DNA from: Takakia lepidozioides
Taxonomy: Eukaryota; Plantae; Bryophyta
Reading direction: 5' to 3'
Assembly: GCA_030704615.1 (NCBI GenBank)
Contig: CM060733.1
Location: forward strand, 6,572,001 to 6,636,000
Length of the DNA: 64,000 nt
The first letter of the stretch is position 1; every line of letters begins with the position of its first letter. This document shows, piece by piece, positions 11,754-22,860 of this stretch. Under the pieces are notes generated by a model. It made no database searches. It worked only from the letters and a program-made list of their open reading frames with translations, and was not told the DNA's origin. The position numbers and the translations under genes were made by a program.

Positions 11754-13960
11754 GTGGAGGAGGTGCACATTGTGAGTGTCATTACGGAGTTACCCAAGGG
11801 TTTTGAGGGGAGTACGGCTACAGGCAGTAACAGTGAGAGTGGGTTCACAAGACGAGGTATTCGGTTCAGACCACCTTCACCGCCACCCTCAACTATTGTA
11901 GAGTCAGACACAGACTCGGAGGCTTCATCAACAGGTGTGCAGTTTCATTCGCCATTGTTGTGGGACGACATAGAGGAGATGTATGGAGCTACCAAGGGGC
12001 CTCGTAGGTACTCTGGAGCTGTGGGCACAATCGAGTTGGATGACTTTATCCAGGAGTTCGACAGCTGGTGTGATTTGTAGCAGATGCGCAATCCACAGCT
12101 ATTCACCCCATTCATGGCGTGGAAGGGACTATTCCAGCATTTGGAAGGCCCGCCTATGGACGATTACCACGAGTTCAGGCGAGGACATGAAGCAGAGATT
12201 GAGGAGTGGAGGATGTATTGGTCACCTGACTACGTCTCCATTACTCGAGGCACGATGCGACCAGTAGCTGCATCAGTACCAATATCTCCCACTGCCAGCA
12301 CTAGTAGTGGAACAAGTAGTGCCGGTACTTCTGCAGGTCGTACCAGTTCAAAAGGTGCTACTACTCCTCCTGCCACGACTACAACACATGTGCCTAGATT
12401 CAACCCGGTGGTGGAGTTCTTCCAGGAGTTGCGGAGAAACTACCAAGGTGTACGGACAGAGAAGCTGCGAAGTTTGCAAGACTTCCAGCGCAAACCCAAT
12501 GAAAGCCTGCGAGAGGCGTACACTCGTATGAGGCGCTTGATAAGTGTGACCCAAGGGGTTACTGAAGCTTAGGCAATCCAGTTTTGGTATGGAATTCTGG
12601 ACAAGGAGCTCAAGAGAAGGGTGCGAGATGCAACCCTGTTACAAGCAGCCCAACCCACATTAGCAGATGTGTTTCTGCTGGCTGAGCGGATTGAGCTCAA
12701 CATGGTGGAGGAGCGAATCGTCACCATTGGATTTGGCAAGGACATGCTTGCACGAGGCGCAGCTGCCAGCCCATAGGCACAAGGTACTGCCCAGCAGCGT
12801 GGTCAGGGGGGCAAGGTTTCCCAACCCAAGTTCCATGGAGTTTACAGGGGACCTCAGGTGCAGAGGCCCGTGGCATCTTTTGCAGGCCAACAACAACCAG
12901 GGGTGGTATGTTGGACATGTGGAGGACCCCATGTCAAGAAAGATTGCCCAGAGAATGGCAGAAGGCCGACACAAGCACAACCTGCACAGTTGCAGTGTGG
13001 GCATTGTGGCAAGTATGGACATGAAGATGCCCAGTGTTATGACTTGCACCCTGAGTTGCGCCCAGGCCAGTTCCAAGGGAACAATGGTGGTCGGGGGCGA
13101 GGTGGACCAGCCCAGAGAGGACGAGGTGGTCGGGCACGAGGTGCAGGCCAAGGGCAAGCTCAACATGGCCAAGGACGCGGAGGTCAGGGTGTTGACCAAG
13201 GCATGGCCAACCGGCTTCAGCAGCTAGAGCAGAGGCTCGCTGCCATGGCTACAGCTCAGGCGGTACCGGCTCCCAGGCGGGATGGTCCACCTCTTGTTCC
13301 TGAGGGAGGAGATATAGGAGGCATGGGATTCATGTGCGAAGCAGCACTACCACTAGAGCAGGTGGAGTCTGCTGCAGCCGTGACTCGAGGAGCAGCACGA
13401 GTTCCTGAGCCACGAGGTGCAGAGGTGGAGTTGGATCCACAACGTGGGGAGGCAAGCCGTCAAGCAAGGCTGCCTTGGTCATTCACCTTGGCGGAGACAG
13501 TGTCAACGCCATCCATGGCACCTAGTTCTCGCCCGACTGTTACCGAGGCGGAGGTTTCTATGCCATTGGGGAGAGCTACACGTGCAACACTGACACCTGC
13601 TGCCAAGGCTAGTGCAGCCGGTGTGTTGTTGGGGGCAGCCACCTCTGTGTGTCAAGCCCCACTGTTCTCGGCAACCATGATTGCGACGCCGGGGGTAAGG
13701 CCAGTTGCAGTGTTCAGACTAGCAGCAACACTCTGTGAGAGTGGGGAGGTCACTTCATCTTCTGCGGAGTTACTGGAAGGTATAGTGGCAAAGGGATCCT
13801 CAGATTTGAGGGTCAAGACTGCCACGGCTGCGCCATGGCAAGCTGCAGCTGCCAGGTTGACGAAGCTGTCAGCTAGGCCAGCCTTTGAGCGCGCCATGGT
13901 GACACCTGGAGTTGTCTTGTTAGACAACCAGGATGGCATTTTCTCATTGAGTGGACGGCA
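11754..13960 (+). pseudogene. Gypsy gag (stops at 12078 and 12570, frameshifts)
   Basis: LDDFIQEFDSWC, FQRKPNESLREAYTRM, zinc knuckles CWTCGGPHVKKDC and CGHCGKYGHEDAQC, RGG-rich tract. Confidence 0.88.
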
Positions 13961-14400
13961 GGCAAGAAGTACCGGCCACTTTGGGTCTTGTTGGACTCGG
14001 GGGCTCAGCCACTGATGTTGGGCAGAGCTGCTATCACAGGTTTGGGCCTCATGGAGGCGGATATGGAGCCTTGTCCTTTCCAGATACAGACATCTCTGGG
14101 AGGATCAGAGCAAGCTCGGGGCATGACACGACATCAGTTGGCCATTAGACTGCAGCCGGATCATCCTAGAGATGGCTCAGTGATGCGAGCCAAGGCCATT
14201 GTGACAGACGCGGTCTCTTACGATGTCCTCGTTGGTGGGGCAGTGTTATACCCCATGGGCTTCACCCTGGACTTTTGGGAGGAATCAGCATCCTACAGGC
14301 CTGGATGGCAATCAGGCGATGGTCATCGTGCACAGCTCCCTGTGACATTCATTGGGGGTATTGCGGCTGCCCAGTGGGGCAAAATGCCAACACTAGCCGC
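13960..14400 (+). pseudogene. Retropepsin aspartic protease domain
   Basis: (V)LLDSGAQPLMLG catalytic motif; YDVLVGG. Confidence 0.88.
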
Positions 14401-14523
14401 CTTTACAGCTGCAGTTAGTTGGCCTGGAGAGTTGCTGGAAGGCAATGCCCATGCAGAGGATGTCACCAAGACCACCTCAATTGTGGCCACTGGACACCAC
14501 ACCTCTTGTGTGGCAGTGCCCGG

Positions 14524-15500
14524 ATGAAGGCATATGCCTTCTGGACTTGTTTGGCGGGATCAGCACTGGCTTGGCTGCAGTGCTGCAGGCACGTGTACGA
14601 GTTTGACGTTACTTGTATGTGGAGAGGGATGAGACTACACGACGCGTCTCACTGCGCCATGTTGCTCAGATGGTGCAGCAGTACCCTGAGTTGTTGCCGG
14701 TGTCTGCAGTTCGTGGATATCAGCAGGCCTTGCTAGCAGACATTGCGTTGCTGGGGGCGCAGGATTTGGAGCGGGTTGGCTCCATTGATCTGGTAGTGGC
14801 AGGTTGGCCCTGCCAAGGGCATTCATCAGCCGGACATGGCAATGGATTGCAAGACTCAAGGACGGGTCTGTTTTGGGAGATGGTGCGGATTTTGCGCCAC
14901 TTGCAGCTTCATCAAGCTGTATCTCCAGCATACATCTTGGAGAATGTGCCACTGATGGGTGATTCTCGGGCCAGGGTGATGGCCAGTGTGCATCAAGTCC
15001 GGTCGTGGCTTGGGTCAGCAGTGCTGCTGGATGCAGCTGCAGTGGGGTCACGGGCTCATCGTCCACGGCTTTGGTGGACTAACTTGATGCCACCCGCACT
15101 GCTCAAGCGTGCATTTGATGGGGTGCAGCGGCCAACACACCTCACATTGGATAACATTTTGGACACGGGGAGGCAGTCTCAACGTGTGAGACACAATGAC
15201 CGTTCGCCTTTGGCAGTGGTCAACAGGGTGGGTCAACCACGAACAGCATTATCTACACTGCTCAGCTTCCCAGGATCCCATGCTTTTTGGGATGGTGGAC
15301 CTGGCCTCCTGTGGGATGCTCAATTGCAGCAGTTAGTGGAGCCTAATGCCGACGAGCGAGAGCGGGCTATGGGGTTTTCCACTGGGACCACGGCGGTGCC
15401 TTCTCTTTCTGAGGCATCACGGCGTCAGGTGTTGGGGCAAGCAATGGATCTCAATTGCTTGACCTGGATTATCAGCTTGGCTATGGCTGAGCAACGTAGA
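14524..15500 (+). pseudogene. C5 DNA cytosine methyltransferase domain within pol (one in-frame TGA at 14604)
   Basis: Motif I LLDLFGGISTG (~14538, same frame as ORF 14613), II YVERD, III ADI, IV IDLVVAGWPCQG, VI YILENVP, VIII AHRPRLWW, IX ERERAMGF, X RRQVLGQAM. Confidence 0.92.
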
Positions 15501-15844
15501 GTGCGGAGTGCACTCCCCTTCATGGTCTCTCTGCCTACCGAGACGGTACAGGCAGCGAGTGGGGGCGAGCCGGTGAGGACCACGGGGTGTAGGCATCCAT
15601 GGCACACGTGGGAGGTGCTCGAGGTTCAGAGGGAGTTGGCAGCCAAGGCAGCTGTGATGGATGAGGTTGGGGATTCTTCTCGGGATGAGGAGGTTCTCAA
15701 TGATGAGATGATGGGGCAGGATGAGGCCTTGTCATTGACTGAGCAGGAAGGGAGTACTGCTCAAGAGGTTGCAGCATAGCAACCACGGGACGCGTCCTCT
15801 ACCTCTAAGCCCACTGGACTTAAGGTTGCAGTTACGGAGGACAA

Positions 15845-16860
15845 TTGGGAGCTGACATTGGACCCATTGTCACCGGAGGAGAGAGACGACGTATACGGCG
15901 GTTCCTGAGGGCTTACAGGAATTGCTTTGCCTTCAGTTTGAAGGACTTGGGAGCACTGAAGGGTCAAGAGATCCGTATTGAGTTGGCCACTGACACGCCA
16001 ATCTTTCGGAGACCCTATAGATACAGTGACATGGAGAGGTCTTTGATTCAGATGAGGACTCAAACGAGACAGGTTTGGTGGAGCTCTCTGGTGGAGAGTA
16101 TGCTTCAGCCACAGTGATGCCAGCCAAGAAGGATGTCTATGGCAATTGGACTGAGAGACGTATGTGCGGTGATTACCGGCCTGTAAATCGTCAGACCAAG
16201 TCCGATAGGTATGCCATGCCGACACCAGAGGAGATCTTTGATGCCATTGGGCATTCCAAGGTCTTTAGCACGTTGGATTTACGATCCGGATATCACCAGT
16301 TGCCGATCAAGGAGGCGGATAAGCAAAAGACGGCATTCTGGGGGATCAATGAGCACGGGAATGATTGCCTATACCAGTGGCGGTTCTTACCATTTGGGCT
16401 TAAAAACGCTCCCGCTGAGTTTCAAAGAGTCATGGACAGGATTCTAGCAGGGGTGGAGTTTGCTCGGTGCTACATAGATGACATCATCATCTTTAGTGCT
16501 ACGGTGGAGGAGCATGAGAGACACCTTCAGGGGGTATTTGAGCGCTTGAGGGCGCACGGATTGAAGTTACATCCGGGAAAGTGCAAGTTTTTCCACAACC
16601 AGATTGAGTATCTGGGTCACATATATATCCTGGAGGATTGGGGGTACAGCAGACTAAGGTAGAGTCCATTGCACAGGTTCCACGCCCCACGGATGTGAGC
16701 CGAGTTCGAGCTTTCATGGGGTTAGCAAACTATTACAGACGGTTTGTTAAGGGATTTAGTGCCATTGCAAAGGCTCTAACCAAGCTGACCAAGGTGGACC
16801 AGGAATGGCAGTGGGAAGATGAGCAAGAACAAGCTTTTCAAGAGCTCAAGGCGAGGTTGA
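15845..16860 (+). pseudogene. Gypsy reverse transcriptase (frameshifted)
   Basis: PIFRRPYRYS, RMCGDYRPVN, FSTLDLRSGYHQ, LPFGLKNAPAEFQ, YIDDIIIFS, KCKFF, YLGH, FMGLANYYRRFV. Confidence 0.95.
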
Positions 16861-16879
16861 CCTCGGCGACCTATCAGGG

Positions 16880-18648
16880 GGCGTCCTTTTCAGCTGCATA
16901 CAGATTGGAGCATGCTGGGGCTTGGAGCGGTGCTCACACAGGTGGATGATGAGGGAAGAGAGTTCGTAGTGGCTTATGCTAGCCGCTCGAACAATGCTGC
17001 AGAGTCTAAGTATAGCTCATATGAGGGAGAATGCTTAGTTGCAGTGTGGGCCGTGGCACACTTCAGGTGCTATCTATACGGCAATCTCTTCACCCTTGTC
17101 ACGGATCACCAACCACTCAAGTGGTTGATGGAGTCAGACAAGCTTACGGGGAAGCTTGCACGGTGGGCACTCATCCTTCAAGAGTATGACTTTCAGGTGG
17201 TGCATCGACCGGGTTTGGTCAATCGCAATGCAGATGGGTTGAGTCGCAATCCATGCACGAGCCAGCAGGATGACACTGGAGCTCGGTGGCATGGTGAGAC
17301 GGACGAGGAGATGGTGCCCGGATGGCATGCATCTGCATTTCTGTGTATCTTGGCAGCGGAAGGCCAGGTTGGACCTGCAACAGGGATGACTGTAGATCAA
17401 GTGTCTGAGGACCCTGAGGCCAGCAATGAGCAAGGTGGCGCCAAAGATATACATGAGGATTCAGTTGTGTTGGACTACCTCCGCACTGGAGACACTGCAG
17501 CCACTGTGACTGCCAAGGAGAGGGATCGGATCCTACAACGAGCCAAGAGGTTCAAGTGGGAGGGGACACACCTGCTCCGAGTGTGGGAGGATGGTCGAGT
17601 GAGGATTGTGCCTCACCCAACACAGCGAGCACGGTTAGTGCGGCATGCCCATGAGGAGTTGGGGCATTTTGGGGTGCGACGCACTCATAGTCTACTGCAG
17701 GGGCAGTATTGGTGGCGTGGTATGCATACAGAGGTGCAACAATTTGTGGCTAGGTGCATGGTGTGTGACAGGGTGCGTGCTTCATTCAACGCCCCTACTC
17801 CACAATTGCACCCTCTTCCGATCATGGGATTGGGCTACAGGTGGAGTCTTGACTTCGCAGGGCCGTTGCCACTGACCATGCGCCACAACAAGTACGTGTT
17901 GGTGATGGTGGAGCACTTCTCCAAGTGGATTGAATTGGTTCCATTGCCTGATAAGGCTAGTGAGGGAGCTGCGTATGCATTCTTGGATTGTGTGCTTAGC
18001 CGATTCGGTGCTCCAGCTGAGGTACTCACGGACCAAGGGAGAGAGTTCTTGGGGGAGTTTCAGGCTTTGTGTGACAAGGCCTTGATAGACCACCGCACCA
18101 CTTCTCGGGATCATCCTGAGGCCGATGGCTTGGCAGAGAGAGTTGTTCAGACAGTAAAGAGGGGTTTGCGCAAGTATGGCTTGCAGAAGGGACACCTAGG
18201 AGATTGGGACCTTCAGTTACCCTGGTTAGCCATGGGCTACAGGTTCAGCAAGCAAGCATCACTTGCCTCCTTCTCACCATACTTTCTTCTCTTTGGCCGT
18301 GAGCCGGATTTGCCTACATCCATTCGCAGAGAAGCTGCTACAGTTCTTAATCTTGACGATCCGGACGTGTGGGCACGTGCATGTGAGCAGCGTGCAGAGT
18401 TGTTCAAGAAAGTCATGCCCATGGCTTTCGAGAACCTTGCCATTGCACAACACCGTGATACGTTGAGGTATGCTACCATACGTGGTGGGGGCTATCGTCC
18501 TGGGGTTCGGAGATTCAACCCTGGTGACTATGTCTATCTGCAGCAGACTGCTCCTACGACCTTGGATGTGACTGCAGGACGTGTTATTTTGAGGGTTCGA
18601 GAGGTCTTGCCCTCAGGCGTCTTGGTCTTGGAGGGTCGGATGGCATAA
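16880..18648 (+). pseudogene. RNase H plus DDE integrase
   Basis: LHTDWS, GLGAVL, VAYASR, TDHQPL, NADGLSR; HHCC (HEELGH...CMVC); catalytic D (SLDFAGP), D (LTDQG), E (GLAERVV). Confidence 0.95.
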
Positions 18649-18746
18649 CTTGGAAGGACCATGTGCGTAATTGTGCGCCATGTCACCTTCCGAATGTCGA
18701 TGGCAGGATTGACCCAAACCTGGCAGTGGTATCTGCAGGTTTGAGG

Positions 18747-18880
18747 TGCATGTTGTGTGGGTCTGCTAAAGGGGCAGCCACCATGCTGGTGTGTGATCGA
18801 TGCTCTAGAGGTGGCATATGGGATGCTTGACTCCACCTCTTGAGATGGTTCCGGATGGGGATTGGTTATGTCCACATTGC
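18747..18880 (+). pseudogene. PHD finger (C4HC3) at the integrase C-terminus
   Basis: CMLCGSAKGAATMLVCDRCSRG[W]HMGCLTPPLEMVPDGDWLCPHC after correcting a 1-nt frameshift near 18811; linked to INT by a frameshift near 18638 (DGITWKDHVRNCAPCHLP). Confidence 0.9.
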
Positions 18881-19138
18881 ATTGGATAATGGGAGTGGAT
18901 ACAACCATGGAAGGCTAACAAGAAATGCAAGGCCAAGCTACTAGGAGACCTTGAACACACAAGATCTTGGCTCAAGTTCACAGATTGCAAGACGGCGACT
19001 AACGATGGGGCTACTCTTGTATCCGGCCTCTTGGTTGATAGAGTTTGAGCACGATAGGGACAGTGATAGAGGACTTAGTACGGCTGTGGCTATTACATCT
19101 TGTAGCTATCTGGAGTTAGAGGGACCTATCCACCAGCT

Positions 19139-19147
19139 AGGGGGCGA
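19139..19147 (+). promoter_or_regulatory. Polypurine tract
   Basis: agggggcga just before the TG of the 3' LTR at 19149. Confidence 0.75.
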
Positions 19148-19148
19148 T

Positions 19149-19592
19149 TGTGGCAGACTACTTTATTGTGCATATATGTGTGGTGTGGTTTGGACAGCGA
19201 TGTAGTTGTGTAGCGATACGTATGCGCACGACAGCTGTCAAGTTAAATAAGCACAGTGTGAAACTAGCTAGAATAAAGCTAGTTATTTGTATTTAACACT
19301 TGGATTTAGGTCAAGTGTTAAATCAGGTGTCAAGTTTAGTTTGACACCTGACCCGTCTTATCTTCACGAGAGCGGCAGTCGCGCAGCTCATCTCTCTCGA
19401 GTTGAGCCTGCGCGACCGAGCTCCTTCATGCGTTTAGATCTGAGTGTGCTTATGATGGGAGTGTAGGTTGTTGTGGGGTGGAGTCCCCATAGCTTGGGGT
19501 GCCCCTGGCTCGACTTCTATTTTTAAAGAGTGATAGCGATGGATTTCATATTTCTTGTGTTGAGAGTGTGTGTCTTTTTAGCTTATTTATCA
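19149..19592 (+). repeat. Complete 3' LTR = B (19149-19233) + gc + A (19236-19592)
   Basis: Starts TG right after the PPT; ends with the same ...ttatca that precedes the PBS in the 5' copy. Confidence 0.85.
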
Positions 19593-19593
19593 T

Positions 19594-19678
19594 TGTGGCA
19601 GACTACTTTATTGTGCATATATGTGTGGTGTGGTTTGGACAGCGATGTAGTTGTGTAGCGATACGTATGCGCACGACA
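19594..19678 (+). repeat. Second copy of LTR segment B (85 bp), forming the element's 3' terminus
   Basis: Identical to 19149..19233; followed by TSD catt. Confidence 0.92.
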
Positions 19679-20117
19679 CATTGTATTTCATTCTGTTTGG
19701 GTGAGGGCCAACCTCGTTGGACAAAATGCTACAATGAAGCGGGATTCTTATGATTTTCTACTTGCGAATTTTGGGAGGATGTTACCCGAAATGAAGTGTC
19801 GTTCATCTTTCCATCTCAAGTTGAATTATGTGTTCTTTTCGGATGAGTTCCCAAGTTCGGAGTGGAAGGTAGTCCTTCAGAAGGATCCAAGAGCAAAAAA
19901 AATTGTGGACGTAGATCAATGGGACATTGGAGAAAATGCAGATTTACCTTATCAGCTTAGCCAATACTGGCCTAGGTCATTAGATGGTGTCATGGCTCTA
20001 AATAAAGAAGAGCTGGCTATACTGGATACCATTCAAGCGGCATTTGTACAATCAACCGCTATTCTAGTTGAGGAAAATGATTCGGAGAGTGAGGACTATG
20101 ATTCAGATTCAGAATAA
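19679..20117 (+). pseudogene. CACTA transposase DUF4216-like C-terminal fragment
   Basis: VWVRANL...KRDSYDFLLANF...VFFSDEFPSSEWKVVLQKDPR, acidic tail. Confidence 0.75.
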
Positions 20118-20581
20118 AGTTTCTTGTTGGAACCATTTGTTCAATAGCATCATCCTATAATGGTCTGGACACTTGTCTGTTTTTCAAAGTCTATCACATG
20201 TGCACAAACTTCATGTATCACCACAAAAGTGATACCAATCACTATTGTGTAGACAACCACTCATGAGTTATTACACGTGGAGTAGCAAGTGGTTTCAACC
20301 ACTTCCCATCACTGAGGTGTCTATAACCACTCACAATGTACCACTGCACCCGTCCACGTGGAATATTATATTTAATAACTCAAATATATTACCAAATTAA
20401 AAATATATATATTACACGTGGACTACTGAGTGGTTCAAACCACTTCCAACCACTGTCTGTGATGCCACCGTGGCATTTCATTGGGATTAACCACTGACAA
20501 GTGGTTACTAGTGGTTTATAGAGTGAGAAAAGACAGTAGTGGTTAAAGGACCAGTGGTTATTCCGCGTTTTTCTTCTAGTG

Positions 20582-22020
20582 CATGTCAAACAAGGGGTTT
20601 TTTTTTGTAACACCCCTGCTGCTGGGGGGGGGACACTGCTGAAAGCGACTTTCCTTGCTGGTTTGGTTCTTCGACTGGTCTGGACTCTGCCATCCTTGCA
20701 TTGGAAAAGTCTGGCTCTAACTGGCTAGGTCTTACTTTCAAGGCATCCGCTGAAGGTTGGCTACAATTTACTGGGGCAGGGGATCTGCCACTTGAAGAAG
20801 CTTTCAGGATCAGAGTTGTTGATTTTGTAACTGGCTCACCAGATCCTAGGCCTCCTCCGGGAGATGAGGTTTGCTTGGCCAAAAACATAACCCTCATTTG
20901 GTTCCTTCGCTTCCATCTCAGCAGGTTGCAGCTGGATCCCAGAGAATGGACTTAGAAGGATAGAGCCAAAACCCCCTTGCTTGAAGGCAAGGTTGGGGTA
21001 GGATCTGGAAGGATGTCTGGGCCAAGCACCGATCGGCGAAAGTCAGTGCTTTTCTTTGGAAATTAGCAAACAGAATTCTACATGTGGCCGTAACCATCCC
21101 AGACCTGATCAATCCACACTATTTGACATGTCAAAGAGGACCTCCTGAGACAATTGAGCAATGCCACTTTCATTGCCAGATCTCCTCCAGGGTCTGGAGT
21201 TATATCACTGCTTTCTACTCCAGTTGGATGGACCTCCCACCCATCTTTGACCATTTGGTGCTTCTCAATCTGCAGAATGGGTCCTACTGGAATGCTTGCC
21301 CAATTTGGGCAAATTTGAGAGCGTACTCTCTCTGGTCAATCTGGAAAGCTAGGTTGCAAATGGTTTTTGAGGGAACAAGTCCTAGCATCAGAGTGATTCT
21401 TTGCAAAATTTATGCAGATATGGTGACTGAGGGCCACAAGACATGGATGGTTTTGCTTGCAGCTTCTAGCAGGTGTAATGAAAGGAGGAGGCAATAGCTG
21501 TTCGAGGACTTCGACATCACCTGGGCTAAAGACAACATCCTCTGCTCGCGGCCAGGATCTCTAACACTCGAATCATTTGGAATGACAACATCCCCAGGGC
21601 TTGGCAAGTCCCATCTGAGTCTGAGGCACCAGACATCAATTGGCACCACCAGAAGTTGAGCTCTTACAAATCGAAAGTTCATCTGGACTTTGGGACCTAA
21701 GTGCGGTATGGGGTAGGGATCCCTGTGCAGATAGGGGCTCATGGCCTTGTTTCTTCATGAGTAGCTTGACGCCTAGCCTATGTTAGTGCGTGTTCGTTTC
21801 CCTAGCGGTTTCATTGCTAGTCCTTGTTTCTCCACTACACTGGCTTACTAGGGTGGCATGCCAATTTTCCCCCCCTTTCTTTCAGACACGGGGTGTACCC
21901 CATGGGATTCGCCTTTACGGCTCTTCTCGGAGGTTATCTTTTCCTCCGTTTTGTTCCACCTTTTTGCAATAAATTTGACCCAGGGTCTCCGTCCCCTATT
22001 AAAAATAAATAAATAAAAAT
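20582..22020 (+). mobile_element. L1-like LINE, 3' part (zf-RVT, 3' UTR, A-rich tail); continuation of 1720-4085
   Basis: WKDVWAKHRSAKVSAFLWKLANRIL, TCQRGPPETIEQCHFHC...VW, LWSIWKAR; tail aaaaataaataaataaaaa at ~22001. The frame joins across the CACTA (IRNGWDR|VKQG). Confidence 0.88.
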
Positions 22021-22429
22021 CTAAATGATTAAATACTAATTTAAAAAATTATTATAATATATCATCTTTTATATATTATAGATACTATCTATTATCTATT
22101 ATTCCTCAAAGACAAAACGGCCTATGGGCTATATTTTAAACAACACGGTTGACATCAGTCTTGCATTTTCCATGTATAAATTTTTCACGTAGCTCCAATG
22201 TAGTTTCAAGATGAGCGATGCTACCCCATGAGCCTGCGAGCCCAGCCGGCCTGGCATGAAAGTGGTCGAAGATGTAGGGCCTATAACCGCGGCCGATCAC
22301 CAATTACCGTGGAAATGCGGCTATTACAAACCATAAACCCCCAACGCAACCCTAAACCCTAAACCCAAACCCTCAGTCATAAACCCCAAACCCCAATCGG
22401 GGTCAATGAAGAACAGGTAGAAACAACTG

Positions 22430-22860
22430 GACTGACATCGTGAAGCTGAACGAGGATTTAATTATGAAGAAGAGGTGAAAAAACCTTGGTGACATTGTGA
22501 AGCTCAACAAGGATTTAATTATGAAGAAGAGGTGAAAAAAACCAAGGCGCAAATGCGAATCTCAAGGATAGTTAATTTTTTATGAAGAGGTGAAAAAATG
22601 TGGAAGTGTCATCGTGAAGCTTAATGAGAGTTTAATCTTGAAGAAGACGGGAAGAAACTGGAGTGACATGGTGAAGGTCAGCGAGGGTTGAATTTCAAAG
22701 AAGAAATGAAAAAACCGGAGCGACAAAGAAGGCCAACGAGGGTTCGATTTTGAAGAAGAGGTGAAAAAAATTGGAGAGGATGGTGAAGCTCAACGAGGAT
22801 TTGATTATGAAGAAGAGTTGAAAAAAAAACGTCCGACATCTTGAAGGTCAATGAATGTTT
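22430..22860. repeat. Degenerate ~56-bp tandem array (~7 copies)
   Basis: gacatcgtgaagctcaacgaggatttaattatgaagaagaggtgaaaaaa repeated with variation. Confidence 0.8.

Larger units (their letters stand above)
7977..19678 (+). mobile_element. Ty3/Gypsy LTR retrotransposon: gag-PR-DNMT-RT-RH-INT-PHD, permuted LTRs
   Basis: TG..CA termini, 4-bp TSD catt (7973-7976 / 19679-19682), domain order PR-RT-RH-INT, two ~99% identical 357-bp LTR segments, PPT at 19139. Confidence 0.95.
4086..20581 (+). mobile_element. CACTA (En/Spm) element, non-autonomous/deleted
   Basis: TIR cactagaggaaaaacgcggaataaccact at 4086 and its reverse complement ending ...tagtg at 20581 (1 mismatch in 29). 3-bp TSD cgt/cat. 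Many subterminal aaccact/agtggtt motifs. DUF4216-like transposase remnant inside. Confidence 0.92.

Noticed and set aside
14524-15779. Host DRM/DNMT3 gene or bacterial restriction-modification contamination
   Set aside because: Intronless, collinear inside pol between PR and RT, unpermuted motif order, no restriction partner.
7977-19678. DIRS/PAT/Ngaro tyrosine-recombinase element, suggested by split repeats and a methyltransferase
   Set aside because: It encodes an aspartic protease and a DDE integrase, has a TSD, shows no YR motifs, and the MTase is C5-type rather than Dam-like.
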